From assembly GCA_002189035.1 (NCBI GenBank), contig CM007990.1:1240001-1304000 (forward strand): a stretch of DNA of 64,000 bases. Direction: 5' to 3'. The notes beneath the pieces are model-generated. The model was not told the DNA's origin. It did no database searches and was given only the letters and a program-made list of their open reading frames with translations. Position 1 is the stretch's first letter. Each line of letters starts with the position of its first letter. Source of the stretch: Utricularia gibba (Eukaryota; Plantae; Magnoliophyta). Of this stretch, positions 26,463-40,650 are shown piece by piece. The translations under genes were made by a program, and so were the position numbers.

Positions 26463-27277
26463 TTCCCACTGCACAAAATTCATCAACACAAATGAGAAAT
26501 CATTAAACTAATCAATCAAAGGCCTTGGGAAACTGGTAGGGATTCCAGAACTCAGAAACAAGTTCTTCAATACACCTTTTTTCCAAGTACAAACGCAGAG
26601 CAGACCGATTCAGATTTGGTCCGACGCTTTTAAAGAACCTACCGAATCCGACCGATGATACCGACCGCCATTGCTAAAAGTCACCTATTATTCATTTGGC
26701 CCATGAGACTTTAACCCAAATATTGTACTCTATTTCGAAACAACCCCAGAAGTCTGGGCCTCAGCAGGCCCATGTAAATACGAGTGGCTCAATCCTTCCC
26801 TCTATAAACTTTCCATTTTGGGAAATGTGGAGTGAAGAGATCGGCGGAGCTTGTAAGCTGGCGATGAGACCGGCGATTCGGTCACCGGTGACGCCGGAAT
26901 TCGGAGCTCCGGCGTCGGGTCTTCAGGTGGGCGTATGAGAAGAGCACACTGCTCGTCGGTATGGGTAGGAGCGATAACGATGACTGAAGAGAAACTCGTG
27001 TGAATTGTGGTGAAGATATCATGATTCATCAGGACAAGCTGATGTATGGGTAAGAAAAATACTGCTCATCAGGGCAGGGCATCAGGTTACAGATGAGCAA
27101 ATGAACCAAACATGTAATGACTGAATCTGAAGAGCAGGACACATTGGAAGGACAAGAGAAAAGGCAATATAGAGAAGTCAGGGGGATGGAACGACAACGT
27201 TTAACTTGAAGTCGCAGGAAAAAAACAGGGGGTAACCTGACAATACGATTGAAGCCACCTAGATCTTGCTACTCAGC

Positions 27278-28398
<1,121 letters not shown>

Positions 28399-28534
28399 TG
28401 CTTCTCTCCGGCGCGGCCGGCGTTAGATTTTACCAGTTACCTCAATCTTCTTCGGACGATCGCCGCGAGAAATGAACGCAGGCGGCTCCCACTCATTAAA
28501 AGGTTCTGGTATTGCGTTTCAACTCGCTGTAACA

Positions 28535-28630
28535 AAACCCTAATGGGCCCATTTAGAGAACAACATCTGAATTGAGCCCATCCCGGCCCAGATTCATCCA
28601 CCTAGCTCAATTTTCTCAGTTGTGGGCCCC
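28535..28630. promoter_or_regulatory. Telo-box plus site II promoter module of RPS9
   Basis: AAACCCTAA at 28535 directly followed by TGGGCC, with further (A/G)GCCCA and TGGGCC motifs. This pairing is established for plant ribosomal-protein promoters. Confidence 0.75.
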
Positions 28631-29218
28631 AGTATGTTGTTTGGAAACATAAAATTGAAAGGACCAAATGTCAATCATTAATTCAAATACGGTAATGAAA
28701 ATATATTGCTATAATTAATATACTTAATAAAATAATGTTTATATTAAATTCAAATATTTCTAATTTTTAAATTTAACTATTAAAATTCTTATTTATTAAT
28801 TATTTAATAAATGATATCGATAAACATTAAAATATTAAAAATACAATATATTATTTTATATATTTTTTGACATTTTATTTTTTATAAGAATTTGGAAACA
28901 AACTTAAATCGAAAAAATCTACGGTAGTGTTTGAGTGATGGAAATAAGACTAATAATGTAATTAAATGTTTTTAATTAAAATACGGTAGAGATGTGATTT
29001 CAAATAAATTCAGGTACATAGAATTAAAAAAATCATATAATTTTGGATTTGTTTTAAACTATCAACTAAACATCTTATAATTTATAATTTTACTTTTATA
29101 CCCATATAATCCCATAAACCGAAGACATCTAAAGAATTTAGAAGTTTAGTTACATTACACGATGCGCGAAATTCTGAAATTTTAATTTTTTTTAATTAAG
29201 TGGGAAAAAAGGGTACTG

Positions 29219-32200
29219 CTACTGAGGAACACTAATGTTGTACTTCAAGCAAACTGTGGTCTCATGCTCTTCCCACCATCTCTCCGCCTGTTCTTCCGTG
29301 AAGCGTCTCCTACTAAACAAAGGGCAAGCTTCTGAGAAAGGTTCCGGGGAGGAGATGCAGAGGAATGGCCTTTACCTGAACCGGACTCGTTTCAGCTCGT
29401 TGCAGCCGTTCGGCAGAGTGAAGAGCGTGATGTACACCCCCGGCTCGTCTTGAATGATGCGCTCTGGTTTCTGCACTTGGCCATTGGAGTTCGTCGCTCT
29501 GCGTGAGATTGGGGAGATCAAACTGTCGCTTGGGCCACTGGGTCGAGGGTAAATCGTGTCGTTTCCTATGCTTTCTCGAGAATCCGAATGCTGGGAGCCT
29601 TGCTTCTCACTTGGTGCTCTTTCTGTCATCTCCTTCAGCTGCGCGGAATTGGAGTTTCAATGAAAATGCACTTTATAGATAAGGGGAAATTCAGCATGCC
29701 TCCTCAAACCTGAGCCATGAGTTCCTTGAACACTTCTTTCGCAGCTTCGTTTTTGCAGGCCTCGTCCGCAGCACGTGCATTTGCCTCGTTCATCTGCATC
29801 TGCTTCCTCTTCAATTCAGCTTCCAAAAGTTGAGATCTTTTCGTAAGCTCTTCAACCTGAAGCATATGTGAGCTGTTATTTGGAACAAACAAACAAAAGG
29901 GAAGTTGATCTTACTTGCGCTCTTAAGCTTCTGATCTCATTATACAAACTCTCTCTGCAGCTCCTTCTATCATCTGCAGTTTCTTCTGATGTCCGAAAAG
30001 GGAATGATGGAGAAGTTGCAGCAGACCAAATATACCTTGCATTCCCCTGTACAGGGGAAGGTGATCTGGAGACCAATCTTGAACTTGGAACAGAAACTAC
30101 AATCTGGTTTTTGTGATGTCTCGGGCTACTCGGTGATCTAGAAGAAGTGCTCACCCTCTGCATGTTCCCATTCTGAATAGAAAAGATGCTACTGTCATTG
30201 GACTCCAATCTAGGATTCGAAATGCTAAGCTTCTCAGATTTGAAGGACTCAGAATGAGAGAGCCTAGAGAATTGCCCCAGCAGACTTGCCAGCCCTCCCT
30301 CCTCATCAGCAGACTTGGAAAGCACACCCCCACTTTTAACTTTTCGAATCCCAGAAACAGATGAGGAGTCTGCAGCTTTCTTTAGCTTCAAAAAGCAGTC
30401 ATCACACACACGATATGGCTTCTTCGGACTAGGCGCTAAGGATGCCTTGAGAGACTTCTTAGTGCTGCAAGAGTTGCAGAAAACCAGCCCACAGTTGTAA
30501 CAGTTGTGGCGCTGTCTGATGAAAGTGAAGGAGCTATGGCAGCCGGTGCACAAAGAGTTGTCTGCATTGGATGACCATTTGTGCGCGCAGATGGCTGCAG
30601 TGAAGTTCGACCCACAAGCAATGCTCTTCACTTGTCTGTCTTTAAAAAACTCGACCATTGTGGGCGTTCTACGATCATCTCTGTCACCATGGCCGAGCTG
30701 CCCATTCCTGCCTTTCCCCCATGTAAAGATCTCCCCTTTTGAGGTTAAAATGGCAGCATGAAACGAGCCACAAGCAACTTCTTCCACAAATCTATCATTT
30801 AAGCTACCTCCTATGCGTACCGGAGTTTTTCCATCAGCCAAGGGAACCCCAAGCAGGCCATGATCATTATCTCCCATGGAATAAACTCTTCCAGCTGAAG
30901 TTAAAGCAAGAGTGGTGTTATTCGCGCATGCTACTTTCACAAAGCTTTCATCTGCCAGTGAGGAGATGCATTGTGGAACAAGCCTTGATGCATTATCACC
31001 ATGCCCAAGTCGTCCCTTGTCCCCATCTCCCCAAGTGAAAAGACTTCCATTTGAGGGCTGGTCAGTGTGATCAGGCTCTGGAGATTCACAGGAAATATTG
31101 ACAACTGCTGCTGTGTGCCACACGCCACAAGCAACTCTTACTGTCCTTAAGCCCCTTAAGGATTCAACTTCTCTGGGAACATGGGTTGAGATGTTATCCC
31201 ATGTCCTAAAGCACCAAAAGTTCCATCCCCAAAAGTGAATAGCCGGCCTGCTGAGGTCAAGATAGCAGTATGCCAAGGGCCACAAGATACAAATGAAACG
31301 TGCAAGCCATCAATGGGACTAACTATGAGTTTTGGGATCCAGTGACTTGCCTCACTTCCATGCCCAAGAACTCCACAGTTTAAACAGCCATCTCCCCAAC
31401 TGTACATCTCACCATCCATGGTAACAGCACAAGTATGATACTCCCCACATGCAACCATTTCAATCAGCTTGCCACTAAGAGCTTCAATGGCTTTTGGATG
31501 AGCAACATCTTCTTCCACTCCATGGCCTAACCTACCCCCAGCCTCTTCACCCCAGCTGAATATATCGCCCTGTTTGGATACAAGAACAGCATGTTTTTTA
31601 CCACAGGAAATATACCGGACATCAAGAACCAGGGTGGACTCCAATGCTTTCGGCAGAAGGGCACTAGTCTTCAGTTTTGATGGTCCGTTGAGTTTGGCGA
31701 CTCCACCTCCTACCAAACCATCTCCAGCACCTTCTCCCCAAATGAAAACATCACCCAGGCTATCAATGTCATCTGTGCAGGAGCCTTGTGATGAACTAAG
31801 AGCACTAGATACACTCAATCTAACAGTTTCATTTCCATTTTCTGGAGCTTCATTTCGCTTTGTATGGATGTATAGGAAACAGAATCTACTGGAAGAGAAC
31901 TTTTCGCGGTGTATGACAAAATATCAGCAAACGACTTCCCCAATCTTCTCTGGGGGAAAATGCCCTGCTCCTGGTAAAAAAAAAAAAAAAAAAGGTATTT
32001 ATGGGAGCATGAAGGAAACAGAATGGTGATACTCACAGATGGTGATGGGGATGATTGGAAACTCCAAAGAGGAGCTCCATCTGAAACTGAATTTTCTTTC
32101 TTGGATTCATCTCTCAATTTCCGATAGCCATATCGTGATATCAATGCCTTTAACGCAACAAACCACACCTCAGCTTCATCTTTGTCCTTGCATATCTATA

Positions 32201-33022
32201 ACACTCACCAATGCAAATCATTAGCCCTCTAGAAGAAACATCTGATTTCACCAAGACTTTTCCTGACCAATCAATGGTTAACAGATATGCCCGTAAACTC
32301 ACCAAATCCAGGGATCTATCATTATATATGAGAGAAAATGACTGATACTCCTTCTCAGGCCGTGGATACCTTTGAAATACTGACTGAAAAACACACACAA
32401 GAGAACATGCTACACGTTCTTATTCACAAACATTCATTTGATTCAACAAGACAAAAAAAAAAAGGATTCAGTATGTCAATTGCTTACAGTTCTCTGTCCT
32501 GGAATTATCCTTGAAACATGTTGCAACTCAAGTTTCTTTTCATCTTTCCCATAATACCATATTAATGAAGACTCATCCTGACGTGTATAAGAAACAAAAG
32601 TGTAAGCAGATTTGAAGAAATATGGTGAAGAGCCAAACAACTTGAACTGATGAAAAGAAAATGATGCAATAGGCCATCAGGGCCTCATCACCTGAATCCT
32701 AGTTCCAATTCATATTGATAAAAAGATCCAAAAGATAGCAACTTTAAAGGAATTGTAACACTCTAGAAAATAAGGACCAAATTTTTTTGTGACAAAACAG
32801 AGACAAGAAAAATACCGTTGAAAGCCGAAACGGGCAAAACTTTGGCTTCCCTCTCCTCCCGTATTTCAGCAGTTGCGCACCTTTTTTAAGTGCAGTAATG
32901 GCCTAAAATCAAGATTACGGCAACAGTAAATGAATCCCACCAATGCTTTCAAAAGAAATAACACTTCAGATCACCTGTTCTATGTCTCGTTCCACGAGAC
33001 TAGGCCTCTGCAAATCAGCCAT
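29219..33022 (-). CDS. PH-RCC1-FYVE-BRX domain protein (PRAF/RLD family), with two 1-base frameshifts (31198-31200 and about 31855-31885)
   Basis: MADLQRPSLVERDIEQ|AITALKKGAQLLKYGRRGKPKFCPFRLS, RCC1 repeats (VACGVWHT, WGKGRNGQLGHGD), FYVE RHNCYNCGLVFCNSC, and BRX EPGVYITL...LKRVRFSRRRF.EEQAERWW. Confidence 0.95.
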
Positions 33023-34233
33023 TCACATTTCCATCGACTCCCAGTCGTCAAAACCAAACCCATACAGATTACAAAAAGATAATCCTTCACCCCCACTTAC
33101 ACCCCGCCTGCTCTTCTACTCAGCTATCGAAATGGAAATTCCGATTTAAATCTCATCTGATACCCACAACCAGAATCACCAGTCGACCTACTTTACAGCT
33201 CAGGATATAAAATATCATAGATTCGAAAAACCCAATCTTTTGCTTTAAGGAAGATAGGACAGTTTCTTCACTGATTAATCTCCAAACCCAAATTTTTTTT
33301 AATATTTACATGAACATGCATGCAGAAAAAAACACGGGTTCTTAGACATAATGGGAAAGATCAAATTGTGGGGTTTTCAGAAAAGACCCAGAACCGAATA
33401 CAGAACACAAAACAAAGACCAAACGAGAAAAAAACAAAATTCTAGGCGTTGATTCAAAAGGGTTTTCGCGGAGGAATGACGGATTCAGAGCAACAAATTT
33501 CGAAGCCGTGAACCCTCAAAAGAAATTCATGTTTCTTTTCTGCCTCTCCACCTCCTCCGCATTCTTGTTTTCTCCAGTTACCTTTCCTTATATTCCGCGA
33601 AAGCGCCATGTCATCAGAAAAAGTCAGTCTCTGCATCTGATGTTCCGGTGATGGCAATTTTTTCTGTGTATTGCATGATTGGATGGATTGGTTCACTTTT
33701 CTTTTTGTCACCTTCATCTTTAATTTTCATCTTTCTGAAACTCACATTAATTCTCCATTTAGAATACCATCAAACCTTTTTTCATTATTCAAATGTTTCT
33801 TTAAAAACATAATAATTATAAATAAATAACATAAAAATGTATATCCCTTGTTAAAAAAATTGAAATAATAAATAAAATTAGTGAAATTATTTAATTTCAT
33901 TTTTTATAAAATAAAAAAGTGTTTCAAAATAATTATAATATTCCACATTGATTATGCATGATAAAGTTAATGCATTTAAATAAAAGAATATTTCTAATCT
34001 TATACTAAAATTCTCAAATATGATAAAAGACCCTTAGTAGGAATTATTACTCCAAATATGTTTGATTTATGATAATTTTAGGATGGAGTGATTATCTAGT
34101 AAGCTCGTGGTCAAAGATGAGAAAACTTAAAATAGGGAAAAAATTATATATACGAAATGGATAATATCATACATATAGAGTATGATTCATGATATAGACA
34201 TACTTTTGCACATCTATTACTTGTAATGAAGTA

Positions 34234-34465
34234 TTAATTACTTTATAAAATAATAAAATTATAATTAAAGATAATCATAATAAAAATCAAATTAATAAAT
34301 CAAAATAAAAAAGTAATAAATAAACATCTAGTATATTTTAAATTTTTATAAAAAAAGGAAATATCTCAAATACACTTTTCCTTGTTCATTATTTTAAATA
34401 AAGTGTTAATTACTTTATAAAACAATAAATTTATAATTAACTATAATTATAATAAAAAAGTAAAA
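34234..34465. repeat. About 55-bp AT-rich direct repeat pair, spacing 172 bp
   Basis: TTAATTACTTTATAAAA(T/C)AATAAA(A/T)TTATAATTAA at 34234 and 34406. Confidence 0.6.
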
Positions 34466-34604
34466 AATGTATGCCCATACTTTCACTTTGGGCCCACAAT
34501 GGAGGCCCATAACTAAAGTGGTGCCCAAAAGCAATTTTTGAAAAGCCCATACGTGCATTGGGGTTGTCCTTGCGAAGAAACTGTTGAAGAAGGCGGAAAC
34601 GGCC

Positions 34605-36539
34605 ATGGCGACGGAGCTGGAGGAGCTTCTGAGCTTTCTCTCGTCTCCTTCTTTGCAGGTAAGCTTCACTTTGCTATTCTCTGGACTTTGATGGTCGTTC
34701 AGTTTTCTTGAATCGAAAAATCTTCAGGAACTGGAATTTTGTACGAGTGTGTCGTTTTCGCCAGATTCTGAGTTGTAATTGATATGCAGATTAAGCTGTC
34801 GGCTGTATCCATTCTTCGAGATTACACTGGGTCAGAGGATGGGGTTAGGTCAATCGTGGGATACACAGATGTTGCGATTCCTGCGTTATCCGATCTTCTT
34901 GCTGAAAAAAAGGTACTCTGATTTTTGTAGGAGAATGAGGTTATTGGCATTTTATTGTGCAGATTTTGAGTGAGTAGCTTTACTTTTGAATTCATTTCTG
35001 TTTTTGAGACCTGCATTCGACCTATTCTTATAATACTGAGGTTGGACTGCGGTTGATGACTGTTTTGCATACCCTTTTCAGGAAGTTTCGGAACCTGCCG
35101 CAGAAGCCCTTGTCAATTTGTCCCAAAATAAAGATATTGCTGGAAGTATGATTGGGAAGGGTATGATAAAAACTGTAATGGATACTCTGTACAAACAGGA
35201 TTGTGCCATTACACGTTTGCTGGTAATGCTTCTGGTGAATCTTACACATCTGGATGCTGGCATTGACTCTTTGCTTCAGGTGGATTTTTTTAAAAACCAT
35301 TTCTCTATTGTTGTTTTGTATTTGAATCCATGTCTTTTTCTCTTGAGAAACTACTTGATCTAGTTTAAAAGATTTTTTTTGTCATTTCCGGAAGTATGGG
35401 ATTGCTTAAATAACAGTGGAACTGTTCATTTCTGGTTTCTAGAATGGAGACGAGAAGATGCACGGTTTGTACATCATGAAATTGGTGAGATCATTCTGTG
35501 CTTCATACAGTGAGGAAAAAGGTAGGATCTTTACCGTATTTCTGTTCCATCCAGTTCTTCTCGTAGCCATTGCTTTGTAGTGCATTCTCAAACAAGTTTA
35601 TTTATGGCTCAGAAGTAGAATGCATGTTTTCATCCGTATCAGGTGATCCCTTTGAACATGTTGCCTCTGTGCTCGTAAACATTTCACAGAAAGAAGCTGG
35701 GAGAAACCTTCTTCTGGACCCCAGGCGAGGTCTTTTGAAGCAAATAATTCGGCAATTCGATTCGCCTGGCTTGTTGAGAAAGAAAGGGGTCTCTGTTTCT
35801 TCTGCTCCCTAAGCCGATTAGTGACCAAGATTTGTTCTCTTCTTCTCAGGCAAATTACAAGATATCATCTTTCTTTCAGGTCTCAGGAACCATAAGAAAC
35901 TGCTGCTTTGAAGCTGAAACTCAACTCCAGAATCTTCTTCTAATATCCGAGTTTCTTTGGCCAGCTTTGCTTCTCCCTGTCGCTGGAAACAAGGTTACCA
36001 ATTCTGCTCAAACTATCCATTCTCCCCCAAGTACCACTTTTTCTGTAAAACATCCATGGTTTACACCACAATCATCCAAACATCCCAGATTTACAGTGAG
36101 GTGGACACAAGCAAAATGCCTCTGGAGCTGGCCACCGCCCTCTCCATCGAACGCGAGACAGTAACTGACCCTGAAATCCGCATTCAAGTCCTCGACGCCG
36201 TATACCTGCTCATCTTACAGGTGCAACACCAAGACTTCTCCCTAACTCCCCTCCCACTCGCCTCACTCACACATACTTCCTGCAGGAAGGAGGCAGGAGA
36301 GCGTTCTGGTCCATCAATGGCCCCAGGATCCTCCAGGTAGGCTATGAAGATGAGGCGGATCCCCACGTGATGGAAGCTTACGAGCGAGTCGGGTCATTGG
36401 TATATGGATACTACTACTAGTCTTTTACTTCCATTTACAAACTGTACGTGAAGAGCTGTAATCCACCATTGAAAAATTTCAGCTGATTCAAGATGGCGGA
36501 GGAGATGAAGAGGCGTCGCCATCCATCCCCGTCTCGTAG
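34605..36539 (+). CDS. HGH1: HGH1 homolog (FAM203, eEF2 chaperone cofactor), 9 exons
   Basis: MATELEELLSFLSSPS, ALVNLSQ, LLVMLLVNLT, DPFEHVASVLVNISQ, GTIRNCCFE and GPRILQVGYEDE. All junctions are GT-AG and in frame. Confidence 0.93.
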
Positions 36540-37770
36540 CAGGTCGAGCCACGTCAGCCCTTCTCCGACTATCTTGGTAGCAATTTGCAAATGAAAAAAG
36601 AAATTATTATTGTTCTTATTATTTTACTTATTTTCCATAAAAAATGTTATATACTATGCATGTAATCCGTAGAATTGGTCATAATCGGATACCTGCCTAA
36701 TGAAGTGGGCCCCACGAATCCGCATCAGCCCGTGGAGAGACAAAGTTGAGGTAATTTAATTAAAGACGTAATTAAATTATTTATATTTCAAAAATATTAT
36801 TACTTTAATATGTAGATTTGAATTATCATATTCTCAAGTGATATTGATTCGAATATCAGAAGTCCACTAAGTACATATTTTGTAATATTTAATTAAAATT
36901 TTAAATATTTAAAAATGAAACCGATGATTCATCATCGATTGCATCAATTTCTCACGAGTCTTAACTATGATTTCTCGAATTATATTACAAGAATTAAGGT
37001 GTATTACCAATTATATTAAAAAACTCAAGTAAAATAATAATAAATTTGAAAAGTAAAGTAATATAAAAATGTTTTTTAAAAACTAATATAAATTTGCAAA
37101 GTAACTGTGTCAGAAGAACAATATTTGCAAAATAATTGATTTTGGTTTCCAATTGTCAAAGTAATTAATTTTTACAAAAACATTTACAATATAACTAACA
37201 TTTTAAATATATTGATTTTATATTAATTTTCGAAATACTTAATTATAAATATCATTTATAAGCTTTAAATGAATTAAAATGAAAAAAATAATAAATTTGT
37301 ATAAAAAAATTAGAAATTAACCGAAAAATTAAGATTAATTCGAAAAATACATAAATAAATATTATCTTAAATAATTGATTAATTTACAATACTTATTTTA
37401 AAAATACTTCCAAATGTGTGTTTATTATTTTTTCTTTTCAATTTGATTAAAATCACATTAAATTTTTTTCAAACATAATTTAAAAAATATTGTTATACTT
37501 GCTGTAAATAAGATATTCAATATTTCTTACATAAAACATCAAATATCATATATTTAACACTTCAATATATAATTACTTATAAATAAATCTTATAAAATTA
37601 TATTCTTTGTGAATTCTAATTAAGTATTTAACATAGTTATCATTTGACATAGTTTTCATTCTAATATCATATTTTAATAATTTTTAAATATTATTATGAA
37701 AACAAAATCAATGGTAATGAAATATATCTATTAAATACATAAATATATACATACAATTGTGTATATATGT

Positions 37771-37935
37771 TAGCTATTTTGTAAATACGTTTCAAAAATT
37801 TAGTTAATTTGCCAATAATATTTACTGACATTAGTTATTTCCCTAATTTACTTTAGCTATTTTGCAAAGACGTTTCAAAAACATAGTTACTTTGTCAATA
37901 ATATTTAGTGACATTAGTTATTTCACCAATTTAAT
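37771..37935. repeat. Diverged 83-bp tandem duplication in the TSC10 promoter
   Basis: TAGCTATTTTG(T/C)AAA(T/G)ACGTTTCAAAAA...GACATTAGTTATTTC begins at 37771 and again at 37854. Confidence 0.85.
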
Positions 37936-38016
37936 CGGTATTTCACTCATTTCCTATTTATTTTGGACTGTGACGTGCGACTGTAGCGGTGGCGTGAGTC
38001 GTTTTTCAGTCAGTCA

Positions 38017-39296
38017 ATGACGGCACTGTATCTCCTCATCCTCCTCCTCCTTCCGATATCGCTTCTCCTGTTTCTTTACTTCATCGTCACTCCCAAGCCC
38101 GTCAAAGTTCCGATCAAAGGCCGCCATGTGCTCATAACTGGTGGCTCTAGCGGCATCGGCCTGGCGTTGGCGCATATTTGCGCACAATCTGGCGCTGACG
38201 TCACCCTCCTCGCTCGCAACCTCAAGAAGCTCCAGGAGGCCCGTGAATCAATCCAGATCGCCACTGGTTGTGATGCAAGAATAGTCGCCGCTGATGTCAG
38301 GGACTACGAGTCGGTTAGACGGGCCATCGATGCGATACCGCCGATCGATGTGCTGGTTTGTAACCAGGGAGTGTTCATGCCCATGGAACTGGAGCATCAG
38401 GATCTGGAGGAGATGAAGTCAATGATTGATGTCAATTTGGTAGGAACTTTTCATTTGATTAAAGCTGCGCTGCCTGGAATGAAGAAAAGTCGCGCCCAAT
38501 TTGGGCCTGGCGCCATCGCCCTAGTATCATCTCAGGCAGGACAGGTACGAATACAGCCTCAATTCATTGTTTTAGACCCGGTTTTTTGAGTTAAATAATG
38601 CCGTTGATGAGGATTGAAGAGAAAAGGATAGAAATTGGTAAAGGGTCTGTGAAATTCTACAGAACTCATGCTCACCCTGCCGTTACAACTAAGAAAGTAT
38701 ATTTTTTTCCTTTATAAAGATTGAATTTTTTTTTTCTGTTTTCTCTTGTTTGTGCTTTTTTTAGGTAGGAATCTATGGATATACAGCGTATTCGGCCAGT
38801 AAATTTGGCCTTAGGGGTTTGGCTGAAGCTCTACAACATGAGGTCATCGCCCACAACATTCATGTTTCTGTTGTCTTCCCTCCTGATACTGATACTCCTG
38901 GTTTTGCTGAAGGTTGAAATCTGTGTTTATCGTTTGGTTTTCGTGAACTCCTGAACTCGCAATATTATTTTGGGTTTCAAAATGATTTCTTTGGTCTTGG
39001 CAGAAACCAAAAGGAGGCCTCCACTGACAAACATCCTGTCGGCTTCTTCTGGTGCAATGAAAGCTGAGGAGGTTGCTAAGCGAATCCTGCAAGGAATTCA
39101 ATCCAGTGCATTTATCATCCCCTGTAACTTTGAGGGATTCATGCTCTCTATAGTAACTTGCGGCCTGTCACCCCAGAGATCTTATCTCATGGCGCTTGTA
39201 GAGGTAATGACAGTTGGTGTTATGCGCCTCGTCGGCCTCGTTTTCCAGTGGAACTGGTTTAAATGCATCAAGAAGTGGCACGCGCAGCAGCATTAG
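38017..39296 (+). CDS. TSC10: 3-dehydrosphinganine (3-ketodihydrosphingosine) reductase, SDR family, 3 exons
   Basis: N-terminal [10 protein letters not shown] Rossmann motif, SSQAGQ|[13 protein letters not shown] (YxxxK), FPPDTDTPG and C-terminal hydrophobic tail. Confidence 0.96.
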
Positions 39297-40018
39297 TTCC
39301 TGAACGAAGATCTGAGAAAACATTCATGGTGGAATCATCTAGAACGCAAGCCTTGGCTGCTTGTGGCCACTGGCTGTTGTGAGACTGAAGTTAGTGACGT
39401 TCAAATGCACAATTTTTGTGTGCATCGATTCTCTTGAACTTCCTTGCAACTCTTCTTCAAGATATGCCCAAAATTAGTTCAAATGGATTTTCTATGGTTC
39501 CTCTTGTTACAACATATTTTCATTCGTAACCTTTTTGTATGCTTTGCTTCTCATCCACTTGTTCCCATATTCACAGAACGAGAGAAAATGCTCTCGTCAA
39601 AGTTCCCTGTTGCTCCTGTGTACATGAAGGAGAAGAGATCATAAATATTCCATTCTAACTTTGCAGGTTAAAACCTCTCAACACGTAATATGACTCCAAG
39701 GTAAGCATGAAGAACGGGGTAGGTATCTGATATGCTGGCCCTTCTTTCTTCCTGGATCACTTCATCTTGCTTTCCACATTCCTGTGACAATGTGTAGCAA
39801 AGTTTTTTTTTGCATTGGAGAAGTCTTAAAGAACCTGAAGCGTGGGGGATATGGTATAAGATGTGAGCTGTTTGTCGAGCCTCAGAGGCTGCAATACCAA
39901 TAGTAGGAAACTACCTGCTTATCGATAAGATACAAGGAATCAGAGGTGCCATTTCCATTAGGAAGTTTGACACCACGTGAGCATTGATGTAGTTACGGTT
40001 GCTGCTGAAACATGGTTA

Positions 40019-40325
40019 AATGTTAGAATATATAATATCATATTGAAAAATTAAAATAAAATAATAAAATATATAATAAATTATAAATTAAAAGTAATTG
40101 ATCTATCCTAATATTTTTTATTGTGATTCACGTTTTTTATGTATTTGGACTTCACGTATGTACTCGTACAACCCATCGTATCCTGAATTTTGACTTGATA
40201 ATAGATGTTAGAATATACAATTTCACATCGAAAAATAAAATTGGAATATACAAATCACAATTAATTGATTTTACCTAATTTTTTCTATTATAATTCAAGT
40301 TTATTGTATACTTAAGTTTCACATG
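40019..40325. repeat. Two diverged tandem copies of a small AT-rich dispersed repeat (third partial copy at 47825-47895)
   Basis: ATGTTAGAATATA at about 40020 and 40205. The exact 21-mer AAATCACAATTAATTGATTTT occurs at 40252 and 47825, each followed about 70 bp later by TTCACATG. Confidence 0.65.
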
Positions 40326-40356
40326 TGTGCTTGTCCGCCCGAACCATAGGATAATG

Positions 40357-40650
40357 CAGTTAGGGTATGAAGATGAGGCGGATCCCCACGTGATGGAACC
40401 TTACGAGCGGGTCGGGTCAACGGTATCTGGATGAAGAGGCGTCGCCATCCATCTCCTTCTGGTAGCAGGTCGACCCACGTCTGCCCTTCTCCGACCTTAG
40501 TTTGGTTGGTAGCAATTTGCAATTAAAAAAAATTGTATTTTTTTTTTTACGTATTTTCGATAAAAATTTTTTATATAATATTAATATGAATTAGAATCCG
40601 TACAATTGGTCATCATCCGACACCTGTGACCTGCGTAATGAGTGGGCCCC
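40357..40650 (+). pseudogene. Duplicated 3' fragment of HGH1 (end of penultimate exon, part of last exon, 3' UTR)
   Basis: Highly similar to 36334-36713 (TATGAAGATGAGGCGGATCCCCACGTGATGGAA is identical). The copy lacks source bases 36410-36506, and the frame ends in TGA. Confidence 0.92.

Noticed and set aside
39300-40010. Exon-like pieces downstream of TSC10
   Set aside because: They have no coherent frame or recognisable family and could be 3' UTR.
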